This document shows, in pieces, positions 29,705-37,864 of a stretch of 56,555 nucleotides of DNA. A program made the position numbers and the translations under genes. Source of the stretch: Candidatus Woesearchaeota archaeon (lineage in GTDB: Archaea; Nanobdellota; Nanobdellia; SCGC-AAA011-G17; ARS1403); NCBI GenBank assembly GCA_018302705.1, contig JAGVZI010000011.1:1-56555 (forward strand), given 5' to 3'. The notes beneath the pieces are model-generated. The model was not told where the DNA came from and made no database searches. It saw only the letters and a program-made list of their open reading frames with translations. The number at the start of each line of letters is the position of its first letter. Position 1 is the stretch's first letter.

Positions 29705-29747
29705 TAAATATTATATAAATATTATATAAATATTATATAAATATTAT
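29705..29747. repeat. 11-bp tandem repeat (TAAATATTATA, about 4 copies) in a divergent promoter region
   Basis: Read directly from the sequence. Confidence 0.8.
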
Positions 29748-29760
29748 TTAAGGAGCTCAG

Positions 29761-30396
29761 GTGTTAGGTTCTAATATAAGAGAAGTTGTGAAAAGTGAAG
29801 GTGTTATGAAAAGAGATGGCTTAGATGACTTAGAAGCCTTATTAGCAGCAGGGGTAGGTGAAAGAGTTATTCAGGATCAATTATTAGTGGCATCTAGGGT
29901 TAGTGCATTATTAAATGGAGTACGAGAGTGGGTAGAGGATATGTATTTCTCGCTAGGAAATAATATTGGCATGAGCGGGAATAGCAGGCATTCACTAGCT
30001 CTAATGTGCAGCTATGGGAATGGGAGCCCATTACAGGGATTAAGGCTGGGAAGATATCTAGGAAATGACGTCCTAAAAGGCAGTCCAGTGGATTTGATGG
30101 GAGACAATTCTGAGGCAAGAAGAACGCTAAGAGAGATTAGAAGCAGGGAGGGGATAGGCTCTTTAGTTATTAATGGAACTTACAGTTTATACCACAGCGG
30201 GGTGCAGCTGCCAGGTGCTAATCTGCAGGCTGCTGAATATGGCGATGAAGTAGAAAGGGGGAGCAGAACAGAGGCAATGATAGCTTTTTCAAAAAGGCAT
30301 CCTACTCATAGTAGCAGCCCTGTCTGGTTTTACAAGCTGAACGGAAATAGAAGCATAATTCAAAACGGAAGAGAATACGAGCTTACCTCAAATTAA
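29761..30396 (+). CDS. Hypothetical protein, possible degenerate diadenylate-cyclase (DisA_N)-like fold
   Basis: GIGSLVIN...SGVQL...RGSRTEAMIAFS...IIQNG resembles the DGA/RHR scaffold. Confidence 0.5.
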   Translation: MLGSNIREVVKSEGVMKRDGLDDLEALLAAGVGERVIQDQLLVASRVSALLNGVREWVEDMYFSLGNNIGMSGNSRHSLALMCSYGNGSPLQGLRLGRYLGNDVLKGSPVDLMGDNSEARRTLREIRSREGIGSLVINGTYSLYHSGVQLPGANLQAAEYGDEVERGSRTEAMIAFSKRHPTHSSSPVWFYKLNGNRSIIQNGREYELTSN

Positions 30397-30459
30397 AATT
30401 TAAAATTAAAATAAAATTTAAAATTAAAAAATTAAAAAAATAAAAAAGGGTGGCGACAA

Positions 30460-30564
30460 TTAAAATTCGTCTCCATCATCGTCGCCGTCCCCGCCATCAT
30501 CGTCATCGTCATCAAAATCGTCGTCGTCGTAACCATATCCTACTTTAAATTCATCAAATGCCAT
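30460..30564 (-). CDS. 34-aa hyperacidic micropeptide
   Basis: MAFDEFKVGYGYDDDDFDDDDDDGGDGDDDGDEF; AAGGAAGG RBS and BRE/TATA upstream. Confidence 0.6.
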   Translation of the reverse strand: MAFDEFKVGYGYDDDDFDDDDDDGGDGDDDGDEF

Positions 30565-30679
30565 TTTGTATCCTTCCTTTTAGATAGTGCTTCTATCAAG
30601 AATAAAGGATTTTTAACCCTTTCGGTTCTGCAGAATAATCTCCTCCTAATATCTTTCTATATCTCTAAATCCTAAGCCT

Positions 30680-31024
30680 CTAGTAATCCTCTTGCTCCCC
30701 TTGCTCCCCTTGCTCATAGCCGCCTTCTTCACTATAGCCTTCTTCAGCTTCAAATTCCTCTTGATCTCCCTCGCCGTATTTCTTTCCCTTCTTTCCTCTT
30801 TCCCTTCTTCCTTCGCCTTTTATTTCGCTTCCCTTTTGAAGCAGCTTTACTTTCTGGGCCTGCTTTCCTCTTTCTGTGTCAACTGCATCAAAGCTCACTT
30901 TATCATTCTCTCTCAGCATTGCTCCATTCAAAGCAGAAAAATGGACAAAGTAATCTTGCTCATCCTCCCCTTTAATAAAGCCATATCCCTTTTTTAGGTT
31001 ATACCACTTAACTGTGCCTTCCAT
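30680..31024 (-). CDS. Cold-shock domain protein with basic/acidic tail
   Basis: GTVKWYN.KKGYGFI...FVHFS; GGAGG RBS. Confidence 0.92.
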   Translation of the reverse strand: MEGTVKWYNLKKGYGFIKGEDEQDYFVHFSALNGAMLRENDKVSFDAVDTERGKQAQKVKLLQKGSEIKGEGRRERGKKGKKYGEGDQEEFEAEEGYSEEGGYEQGEQGEQEDY

Positions 31025-31198
31025 TTTAATTTTTCCTCCTCACAATACAAGAAAAAGAAGATTCTCTGTTTTCAAGATGCTCTCTCATTCCTGTATCTCC
31101 TGAGCTAATTCCCATAAATTATGAGTATTTAAAGCTTACTTTTTGCAACAGAATCATTTCCAAAAAAGTTATAAACGTAAAAAAGTTTCTATGAAAAC

Positions 31199-31543
31199 AT
31201 GCCATTAAAAGCTGCCAAAAAAATAATCGAAGAAGAAGCGCCTGATCTTATTGAAAAAACTATTGAAAAAACCAAGAATCATGCAAGAGAAAAGACATTG
31301 TATTTGCACAGCCAGTTTAAAGAGCATTCTTCAACAGCAATTATAGCGGCATTGTCGCTAGTAATAGGGTTGGTGTGGAAAGACCTGGTTGTAAAGGTTG
31401 TAGATAATCTACTCAAGCCGCATATAGCAAGCAGATATCCTTACTTGTCAGAATTAATAACCGCAGTTATAGTTACAATCTTCGCAATCCTTGTAATGGC
31501 CTTTGTCTCAAGATGGGCTAAAAAGGAAGAGAAAAAGTCATAG
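31199..31543 (+). CDS. DUF5654-like membrane protein
   Basis: TAIIAALSLVIGLVWKD...AVIVTIFA. Confidence 0.75.
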   Translation: MPLKAAKKIIEEEAPDLIEKTIEKTKNHAREKTLYLHSQFKEHSSTAIIAALSLVIGLVWKDLVVKVVDNLLKPHIASRYPYLSELITAVIVTIFAILVMAFVSRWAKKEEKKS

Positions 31544-32365
31544 TGAATCTAAAGGGCTTTTAACCTTTATCATGTTTTTAGAAGCAGTGTGCAAGTATAT
31601 CATTGTAGTTTCAGGAGAATTATGACCAAGCAAGTTTTGCACGTCGGTAACTGCATAATTGTTTTCAATTAAATGGGTTGCAAATGAGTGCCTTAATGTA
31701 TGTGTATGAACATTTTTTCTTATCTTTGCTTTCTTCGCAGCTTCTCTTATTATGGCAGCGATAGTTCTTTGGCTTATATGATTATTTTTATTTCCAGGAA
31801 AAAGCCAATTAATAGTTTTGTTTTTTTCTGCATATTCTTTTAATTCATCTTTAATGCTTTCCGCAATAATGAAAATCCGATCCTTGTTGCCTTTTCCTTT
31901 CCTAACCCACCCAAAATTATTCTCAATTTCAAGATCTTCTGATTTTAAATTTACAAGCTCAGAAACTCTTAACCCAGCAGAATACATCAGCTTTATCATC
32001 AACTTGTGCTTTTGATTTCCTATAACCTCAATTAATCTCTTAATCTCATCTTTTGTAAGAACAACAGGCAGCCTTTTAGGCACCTTTGAATACTTTATAT
32101 TTAACCTCATCCTCCTGTTTAAAACCTGCTCAAAAAAAAATTTTAGGGCATTTAAATTGACATTGATTGTGTTGCCTGATGGTTCCTTCTTACTCCTTTT
32201 AATAACGTTATTGAGATACTCTCTAACATCCACTTTGGTGACGGTTACTGGGTCTTTTCTGCATTTTCTGAAAAATTTAAGGATAAAATATAGGTAGGTT
32301 TTTATAGTCCTTTGGCTGTATCCTCTCCTTAGCATTTCACGGATAACTTTATACTCAATCTCCAT
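31538..32365 (-). CDS. Tyrosine recombinase/integrase (XerC/D-sized, IntI-like N-terminus, no IntI insertion)
   Basis: RRGYSQRTIKTY, YSAGLRVSE, KGKGNKDR, HTLRHSFATH, LGH, TTMIY; full R-K-H-R-H-Y set. Confidence 0.93.
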   Translation of the reverse strand: MEIEYKVIREMLRRGYSQRTIKTYLYFILKFFRKCRKDPVTVTKVDVREYLNNVIKRSKKEPSGNTINVNLNALKFFFEQVLNRRMRLNIKYSKVPKRLPVVLTKDEIKRLIEVIGNQKHKLMIKLMYSAGLRVSELVNLKSEDLEIENNFGWVRKGKGNKDRIFIIAESIKDELKEYAEKNKTINWLFPGNKNNHISQRTIAAIIREAAKKAKIRKNVHTHTLRHSFATHLIENNYAVTDVQNLLGHNSPETTMIYLHTASKNMIKVKSPLDSL

Positions 32366-32422
32366 AAAGATAAGATTATTTCAAACTTAAAATATCTTAT
32401 TGTAAACTTAAAAGTTACTACA

Positions 32423-32502
32423 AAAAATTTCACGACGCTTTAAAAATTTCACCTAATTTGACTTCATATACGCAAAATTCTGCATTCTGCTTATATGAAC
32501 TA
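32423..32502 (+). promoter_or_regulatory. Candidate attI-like primary site between the integrase and the array
   Basis: AAAAATTTCAC direct repeat x2; inverted repeat TTCATATA(32463-70)/TATATGAA(32492-99) directly before the first module's TTA arm. Confidence 0.45.
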
Positions 32503-33026
32503 TTAGTTTCAATTTTTGAGTCAGCCTAAAAGTGGATTGGGCAAGAATAATTTACCACTATATAGTTGCTATTAACCGAAAGATTTAAATAGTAGTTGTT
32601 CTTTTCTAATCTTAAGATGGAAAGACCAAAAGATTATATGGAAAATCCTTACATTGGACCACAAGGTGAAACTTGCCATACTGTGGAAGCTCTTCGAGCT
32701 GCACAAGAAGATTATAAAAGAACCTTTTTAACTTTTATTGGACCACAAGGTGAAACTTGCAGAACTCATGAAGCTTTAGAAGCTGCAAGAGCAGAATATA
32801 ATAGAAGATTTAATCAACCAATTGAAATACCGGGGATTAATCTTAAAATTGATCTTACTCCAATAAAAATTATGGATGACTTAAGATAATTACTTATTCT
32901 TGCCCTTTATTCTTTTATTTCATTGAACTTCGTTCTAGATATACGGCTGACTCAAAAACTCTAAAATTTTGCCTTCGGCATCGTTGCACTAAATTTTAGG
33001 TCTTCCCGTTGGTCAGACGAAACTAA
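32503..33026. mobile_element. Cassette module 1
   Basis: Arms TTAGTTTC/GAAACTAA; stems 32513-26/32945-58 (14 bp) and 32539-50/32894-905 (12 bp); CT plus two hairpins. Confidence 0.75.
32617..32889 (+). CDS. Cassette cargo: small protein with internal repeat IGPQGETCxTxEAL
   Basis: Two 22-aa repeats; own promoter AACCGAAAGATTTAAATA at about 32574. Confidence 0.7.
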   Translation: MERPKDYMENPYIGPQGETCHTVEALRAAQEDYKRTFLTFIGPQGETCRTHEALEAARAEYNRRFNQPIEIPGINLKIDLTPIKIMDDLR

Positions 33027-33032
33027 CAAGGA

Positions 33033-33525
33033 TTATGTCTAATTCAGAATTCGGGCTAAAAGATAGAAACCGAAAGATTTATTCTCTATTCAGTTTTATA
33101 GAATTGAATTGCAACCCACACATACCCTTGCCTGCCGCTTTGCCGAGGCTAGTTACATAAGCATTTGCTTCAAATGGTAACATTTCCCCTGCTTTTTCTT
33201 GATTAGCTGCTTGATTCAACCGTCTAAGATATTCTTCATCCATACTATCTGGACCATTTATTCCGCTTGCGTCAAAGCCGATTAATTTAGGTCGAACAGA
33301 TAATGGTTCAGCATTTACTATTTTTTTTGATTCAGCATCTACCAATCTGCCTTCCAAATCAAAATCTAAACGTTTCATAGCATAAGTTAATAATAGTATA
33401 TTTATAAATCTTTCGGTTAATTTACCACTTCAGAGTTAATATTGATAACGCCCGAATTCTGAACTCAAAATCCTTCGAATTTTGCCACGCTGCGCTCTCC
33501 TCCTTTCAGTCGTCGGAAGACATAA
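33033..33525. mobile_element. Cassette module 2
   Basis: Arms TTATGTCT/AGACATAA; stems 33043-56/33450-63 (14 bp) and 33068-82/33404-18 (15 bp). Confidence 0.75.
33079..33378 (-). CDS. Cassette cargo: hypothetical protein
   Basis: 99 aa; BRE/TATA AACCGAAAGATTTATAAA upstream on the minus strand. Confidence 0.7.
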   Translation of the reverse strand: MKRLDFDLEGRLVDAESKKIVNAEPLSVRPKLIGFDASGINGPDSMDEEYLRRLNQAANQEKAGEMLPFEANAYVTSLGKAAGKGMCGLQFNSIKLNRE

Positions 33526-33531
33526 CAGGAA

Positions 33532-33731
33532 TTAAATGGAATATTACTCGGAGCACCACCCAGGGGGGAAGATAATAATATCTTCATCTAAAAAAATCAA
33601 AAAGTTTGTTTAGATTTGGTGCTCCTGCGTCATACTCAAAAATTATATTGTTTCGTGGCGGTTTTCATTGCATTCAAACCTACTCAACATATATTTTTTG
33701 GTTTTTCTCTGCACTCAAAAAACCCATTTAA
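33532..33731. mobile_element. Cassette module 3 (ORF-less)
   Basis: Arms TTAAATGG/CCATTTAA; stem TATTACTC-GGAGCACCA/TGGTGCTCC-T-GCGTCATA; CT plus two hairpins. Confidence 0.72.
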
Positions 33732-33737
33732 CAGCAA

Positions 33738-34474
33738 TTATGTCCAGTATTACTCGGGTACGATTTTAAGATCGCTTCCTAAACCATGCTTGTAAGAAAG
33801 TCGTGTTTTTTAGTCGTACCTTTTCATTTTCAATCAGAACAAAATAATCTTCAAACAATTTCTTAAGCTCTTCTTCTCTCCAAAACGCAAAAAATCTGCT
33901 TGTATTTCCAGATTTATCTTCAACCAAACCTTCTCCTTCTCCTTCTTTAACACAAACATAAAGAATTCCATTGTCTTTAAGAATGAGATTTAGTTTTTTA
34001 ATGACTTTAGGTAATTTTGATTTTGGGATATGTAATAAAGACGTTACCGCCCATACTCCATCAAAAGAGTTATCTTTGAAATCTAACCTTTCAATGTCCA
34101 TCACAAAAGCATTAAGCCCTTTTTCTTTGCATAGCTTAATCATCTCTTCAGATAAATCAATGGCAGTAACATCTAAACCTCTTTCCTTAAAATAAAGTGA
34201 GTGATCTCCAGAACCGCATCCCAAATCTAGTATCTTTTTACCATTCAGCAAATCGATAAATCTTTGAAATTCATATCTCCTTATCAAATCCATTAATTTT
34301 TTGAATTTTTCAGAAAATTCTTTTGTGTTTTGGTTGTATGATTCAATTGTTTTCTTTTTGCAATCCATATGCCTTATATCGCCCCTCTGAACATTATAAA
34401 TATTACTAAAGTCGTGCCCTGCGTCATACTCGTCTCCGCTCAAGTTTTACCTCACATTCTGTTAGATAGCTTAA
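33738..34474. mobile_element. Cassette module 4 (right end degenerate or truncated)
   Basis: Left arm TTATGTCC; stem TATTACTC-GGGTACGATTTTA/TAAAGTCGTGCCC-T-GCGTCATA-CT; next junction TAA-CAGCGA-TTA at 34472-83, but its arm does not match. Confidence 0.62.
33766..34368 (-). CDS. Cassette cargo: class I SAM-dependent methyltransferase
   Basis: ILDLGCGSG, IDLSEEM, FDGVWAVTSLLH; start moved to MDCKKKTIESY. Confidence 0.9.
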   Translation of the reverse strand: MDCKKKTIESYNQNTKEFSEKFKKLMDLIRRYEFQRFIDLLNGKKILDLGCGSGDHSLYFKERGLDVTAIDLSEEMIKLCKEKGLNAFVMDIERLDFKDNSFDGVWAVTSLLHIPKSKLPKVIKKLNLILKDNGILYVCVKEGEGEGLVEDKSGNTSRFFAFWREEELKKLFEDYFVLIENEKVRLKNTTFLQAWFRKRS

Positions 34475-34575
34475 CAGCGATTAAAAACAAGGAGGACTAG
34501 CGCATTTAATCCGTCTTAGTACAGGGCAAATAAGCTGAAAGAAAACTTAAATACTTGAAAAATTCTTTGAAATGC

Positions 34576-35583
34576 ATGCTTGAAATTCAGGGCGATTATT
34601 TAGAAGGCGGCGGTGCGATAATGCGTTTAGCTTTGGCCTTGTCGATTCTAGCTAAAAAACCATTTGCAATAACAAACATCAGGAAAGGAAGAAAAGAGCC
34701 AGGCTTAAAAGAGCAGCACCTTCAGACAGTTCGGGCAGCAGCAAAGCTGTGCAATGCAAGAATTGAAGGGGATGAATTGCACTCCACGCAGCTCTCATTT
34801 TCTCCAAGAAAAATAACGAATACAAATTTAGAAGTTAATATTTCAACAGCAGGCTCGACAGCCCTTGTTTTGCAATCATTGCTAATCATAGGAACAAAAT
34901 ATAATCTTAATATCCACATTTTAGGAGGGGGAACTTTTAATCTTCATGCTCCCAGTTTAATTTACATGCAGAAAACGCTTCTTCCAGTATTGGAAAGGAT
35001 GAATTACAAACCCTCTATAGAAGTGGTCAATAATGGCTTTTATCCAAAAGGCGGTGCCGAGTTAAAAATTAAAACAAGGAAAACAAATTTAGAGCCGTTG
35101 GAATTAAAAGAGAGGGGGAAGTTAAATTCAGTTTCATGCTATTCCTTCGCATCAACGCATTTGAAAGAAAGAAAAGTGGCAGAAAGGCAATCTGAAACTG
35201 CAAGAAAATTGCTTGAAGAGTACGAGATAAATATATGCAATAAATATGTTCAATCTCCCTGCCCTGGATCAGGTATACTTCTGGCTGCAGGCTTTGAAAA
35301 CACATTTCTGGGATTCGATGTCCCGGGAGAAAAACAAAAAACAGCAGAAATGGTTGGGGAGGAAGCGGCACTGGGGTTTAAAACTCAAATAGATTCTGGA
35401 GCAACAGTGGACGAATTCATGGCAGATCAGATACTTCCTTATCTAGCCCTTGCAAAAGGAAAATCGCAAATAAAAATCCCTCACTTGACTAGGCATGCGG
35501 AAACAAACATCTGGCTGATCAAACAGTTTTTAAATGTTGATTTTCAAGTAAAGGATAGGATAATTTATGTAAATCCAAAATAA
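34576..35583 (+). CDS. rtcA: RNA 3'-terminal phosphate cyclase
   Basis: EGGGAIMR, PGLKEQH, TAGS, GFYPKGG, DQILPY, TRHAETN. Confidence 0.93.
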   Translation: MLEIQGDYLEGGGAIMRLALALSILAKKPFAITNIRKGRKEPGLKEQHLQTVRAAAKLCNARIEGDELHSTQLSFSPRKITNTNLEVNISTAGSTALVLQSLLIIGTKYNLNIHILGGGTFNLHAPSLIYMQKTLLPVLERMNYKPSIEVVNNGFYPKGGAELKIKTRKTNLEPLELKERGKLNSVSCYSFASTHLKERKVAERQSETARKLLEEYEINICNKYVQSPCPGSGILLAAGFENTFLGFDVPGEKQKTAEMVGEEAALGFKTQIDSGATVDEFMADQILPYLALAKGKSQIKIPHLTRHAETNIWLIKQFLNVDFQVKDRIIYVNPK

Positions 35584-35613
35584 ATTAAAAATAATTTAAA
35601 TAATGAAACAAAG

Positions 35614-35982
35614 ATGAAGAAGTCAACTATGGCAATAACTGCATTGGTAATTATAGTTATAGCGGTATTCTTCTTCACGAGGACAAAAGAAGCAGAAGCA
35701 GGAATGTATGATGAATTTGCAAAATGCATAACCGGGCAAGGAGCAATTTTCTACGGCTCGTTCCAATGCATTCACTGCGCAACTCAAAAAAGTCTTTTTG
35801 GGAATTCAATGCAGTATATAAGTTATGTCGAATGCGGGCCTTTAGGCGGACATCAAATACTTATCTGCCAGCAGGCGGGAATTACAGGTTATCCATCATG
35901 GATAATTGGAAATAAAAAATATGAAGGGGTGCAGCAATTAGATAAGTTAGCTGGTTTAACAGGGTGCCAATTACCTCAATAG
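35614..35982 (+). CDS. Membrane-anchored thioredoxin-like protein
   Basis: FYGSFQCIHC, YVEC, ITGYPSW. Confidence 0.85.
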   Translation: MKKSTMAITALVIIVIAVFFFTRTKEAEAGMYDEFAKCITGQGAIFYGSFQCIHCATQKSLFGNSMQYISYVECGPLGGHQILICQQAGITGYPSWIIGNKKYEGVQQLDKLAGLTGCQLPQ

Positions 35983-36482
35983 TTCCGGAAGTTTTAGTGT
36001 TTTTAACATTAATAAGTGATATTTTTATAGGATTTCTGGGAATAAATTTAATAATGAAACTAGAAATAGTTGAAGACCTTAAAAATTTCTTAAAGAGAAA
36101 CCCTCTATTGCTGGCTCTTATTGTTTCTTTGGTTGCAACTTCAGGAAGTTTATTTTATTCTGAAATCCTTGGATATACGCCATGCAAGCTCTGCTGGTTC
36201 CAGAGGATCTTCATGTATCCATTGCCGATAATTTTCGGTGTGGCATTAAAGAATAAAGATTTTAAAATTAAGAGATATGCAATCTCGCTGGCAATAATTG
36301 GAGCCTTGATAGCAGCATATCATTATTCAATCCAAGTATTCCAGTTCACAACAGCGTGCGGCGCAAATTCAGAAGTCCCTTGCAACATTGTATACTCTTT
36401 CGAGCTGGGTTATATTACAATTCCGATGATGGCGCTGACTGCTTTCATTTTAATTATTATTTTAATGCACAAGAAATATTAA
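35964..36482 (+). CDS. dsbB: Disulfide bond formation protein B (BdbC/DsbB family)
   Basis: GSLFYSE...PCKLCWFQRIFMYP, ITIPMMAL. Confidence 0.9.
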   Translation: MPITSIVPEVLVFLTLISDIFIGFLGINLIMKLEIVEDLKNFLKRNPLLLALIVSLVATSGSLFYSEILGYTPCKLCWFQRIFMYPLPIIFGVALKNKDFKIKRYAISLAIIGALIAAYHYSIQVFQFTTACGANSEVPCNIVYSFELGYITIPMMALTAFILIIILMHKKY

Positions 36483-36506
36483 ATACTTCCCCCCTATCTT
36501 TAAATT

Positions 36507-37280
36507 ATGTTATTTATTGGTATAGATTTAGCCTGGTCAGAAAATAATAAATCAGGAATAGCAATTTTGGAAGGGGATAAAAAACAAGCAAAATTGATTT
36601 CAGTTTCTTTAGCCTTAAAAGATTCCGAAATAATTGAGTTCATAGAAAAATACGCAAAAAATAACAATACTTTAATTTCAATAGATGCTCCCTTGATAGT
36701 TCCCAATGAAGAGGGAAGAAGATTAGCAGAGGCTTTAGTTGGGAATTTATTCAGAAAATTCAACGCAGGAGCTCACCCTTCAAACAGAAAACGCTTGAGT
36801 TCATTTACAGGAAGTATAAGAGGAGAAGAAATATCAAAATTATTAGAAAAATTAAATTTTGAACATTCTCCTTATATAGAAAAACAAGAGCAATCAAGAA
36901 AATTCTTTGAAGTTTATCCTCATCCATCCATGGTTGTTTTATTTAATCTTTCAACTGTAATCCCGTACAAATCAAAACCCAAAAGGACTTACACTTCAAG
37001 ATACAAAGCATTCCGGCAGTATCAAAACTATTTGAAGAATCTGAATATTAAAAATTCTTCTGAAGTTATCTTGCAAGATATAACAGAATTAAAAGCTCAA
37101 AAGCTAAAAGATTATGAAGATAAATTAGATGCAATTTTTTGCGCTTACCTATCCTATTATACTTGGCTCAATCCAGAGAAGTGCAAAGTTCTTGGAAATA
37201 TGAAAGAGGGGTATATTCTAACTCCTATTTTTGATTCCATGAAACTCTCACAAAGTTCACTTTTCAATAGTAAAATTTAA
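36507..37280 (+). CDS. DUF429 (RNase H-like) protein
   Basis: FIGIDLAW, IDAPL, EVYPH, DKLDAIFCAY. Confidence 0.88.
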   Translation: MLFIGIDLAWSENNKSGIAILEGDKKQAKLISVSLALKDSEIIEFIEKYAKNNNTLISIDAPLIVPNEEGRRLAEALVGNLFRKFNAGAHPSNRKRLSSFTGSIRGEEISKLLEKLNFEHSPYIEKQEQSRKFFEVYPHPSMVVLFNLSTVIPYKSKPKRTYTSRYKAFRQYQNYLKNLNIKNSSEVILQDITELKAQKLKDYEDKLDAIFCAYLSYYTWLNPEKCKVLGNMKEGYILTPIFDSMKLSQSSLFNSKI

Positions 37281-37292
37281 ATACAATTTTTT

Positions 37293-37844
37293 ATGCCTAA
37301 AAATATTATGAGATATATCGATTTTGTCGAGTTTTATAATACTGCATCTAGTGAATTGGATGAGGCTGAAAGGATGGAAGGATTCCTGGTTGAAATGCGT
37401 CAAGAGATTCCTATTACAAGAGGAGAATATGTGCAAAGCTCAATAAATCATCTGAGGGAGGCTATGGAAAACTTGGATTCCATAAGGCCTCAGCTGACAA
37501 AAAATATAGACGGGCTAGAAGCAAGATACCAAAAACTGATTGAGAGGGATAGAGAATTATACAAAAAACTGATAAGGGGGTTTAGAATTAATTTAGATGT
37601 TGCAATTTCTTTGCTTGAGACTGCAAGACGACAATATTTCTTTTTCAGAGGAAAAACAGAAGAGGGGTATCCTCATGAACAATTAATCTGTGATCTTTTG
37701 TTTCGTATGGAACATACTGCTGGAAGATTGCAATGCACTGAAGCATTCGCTAAACTAAGGCTTAATATAGGTCTTATTAAAGATGATTTGGAGCAAGTTT
37801 TGCAGAGGGATAAAAAATTTAGCGAAGTAACTGGCTTGAATTAA
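37293..37844 (+). CDS. Hypothetical helical protein
   Basis: 183-aa ORF, no recognised motif. Confidence 0.6.
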   Translation: MPKNIMRYIDFVEFYNTASSELDEAERMEGFLVEMRQEIPITRGEYVQSSINHLREAMENLDSIRPQLTKNIDGLEARYQKLIERDRELYKKLIRGFRINLDVAISLLETARRQYFFFRGKTEEGYPHEQLICDLLFRMEHTAGRLQCTEAFAKLRLNIGLIKDDLEQVLQRDKKFSEVTGLN

Positions 37845-37864
37845 AAGAGTAGATATAAATTAAT

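Noticed and set aside
33766-34443. ORF-track start at 34443 for the methyltransferase
   Set aside because: The extension runs through the module stem; the ATG at 34368 has a TATA box about 25 nt upstream.
27982-34488. Provirus or island integrated at tRNA-Trp using the nearby integrase
   Set aside because: I found no duplicated tRNA 3' end and no viral or conjugation genes; the intervening genes look chromosomal.
32503-34488. Canonical integron with attC sites
   Set aside because: AAC and the next TT are only 5 nt apart, there are no L boxes, complementarity spans the whole module, and the integrase lacks the IntI-specific insertion.
32503-34488. CRISPR array or shufflon
   Set aside because: No identical repeats with regular spacers and no cas genes. 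Junction spacers are all in the same orientation and arms differ per module, which favours excision/integration, though inversion is not strictly excluded.
34576-35583. Functional link between rtcA and the cassette array or the introns
   Set aside because: Adjacency only; rtcA is a common archaeal housekeeping gene outside the last junction.
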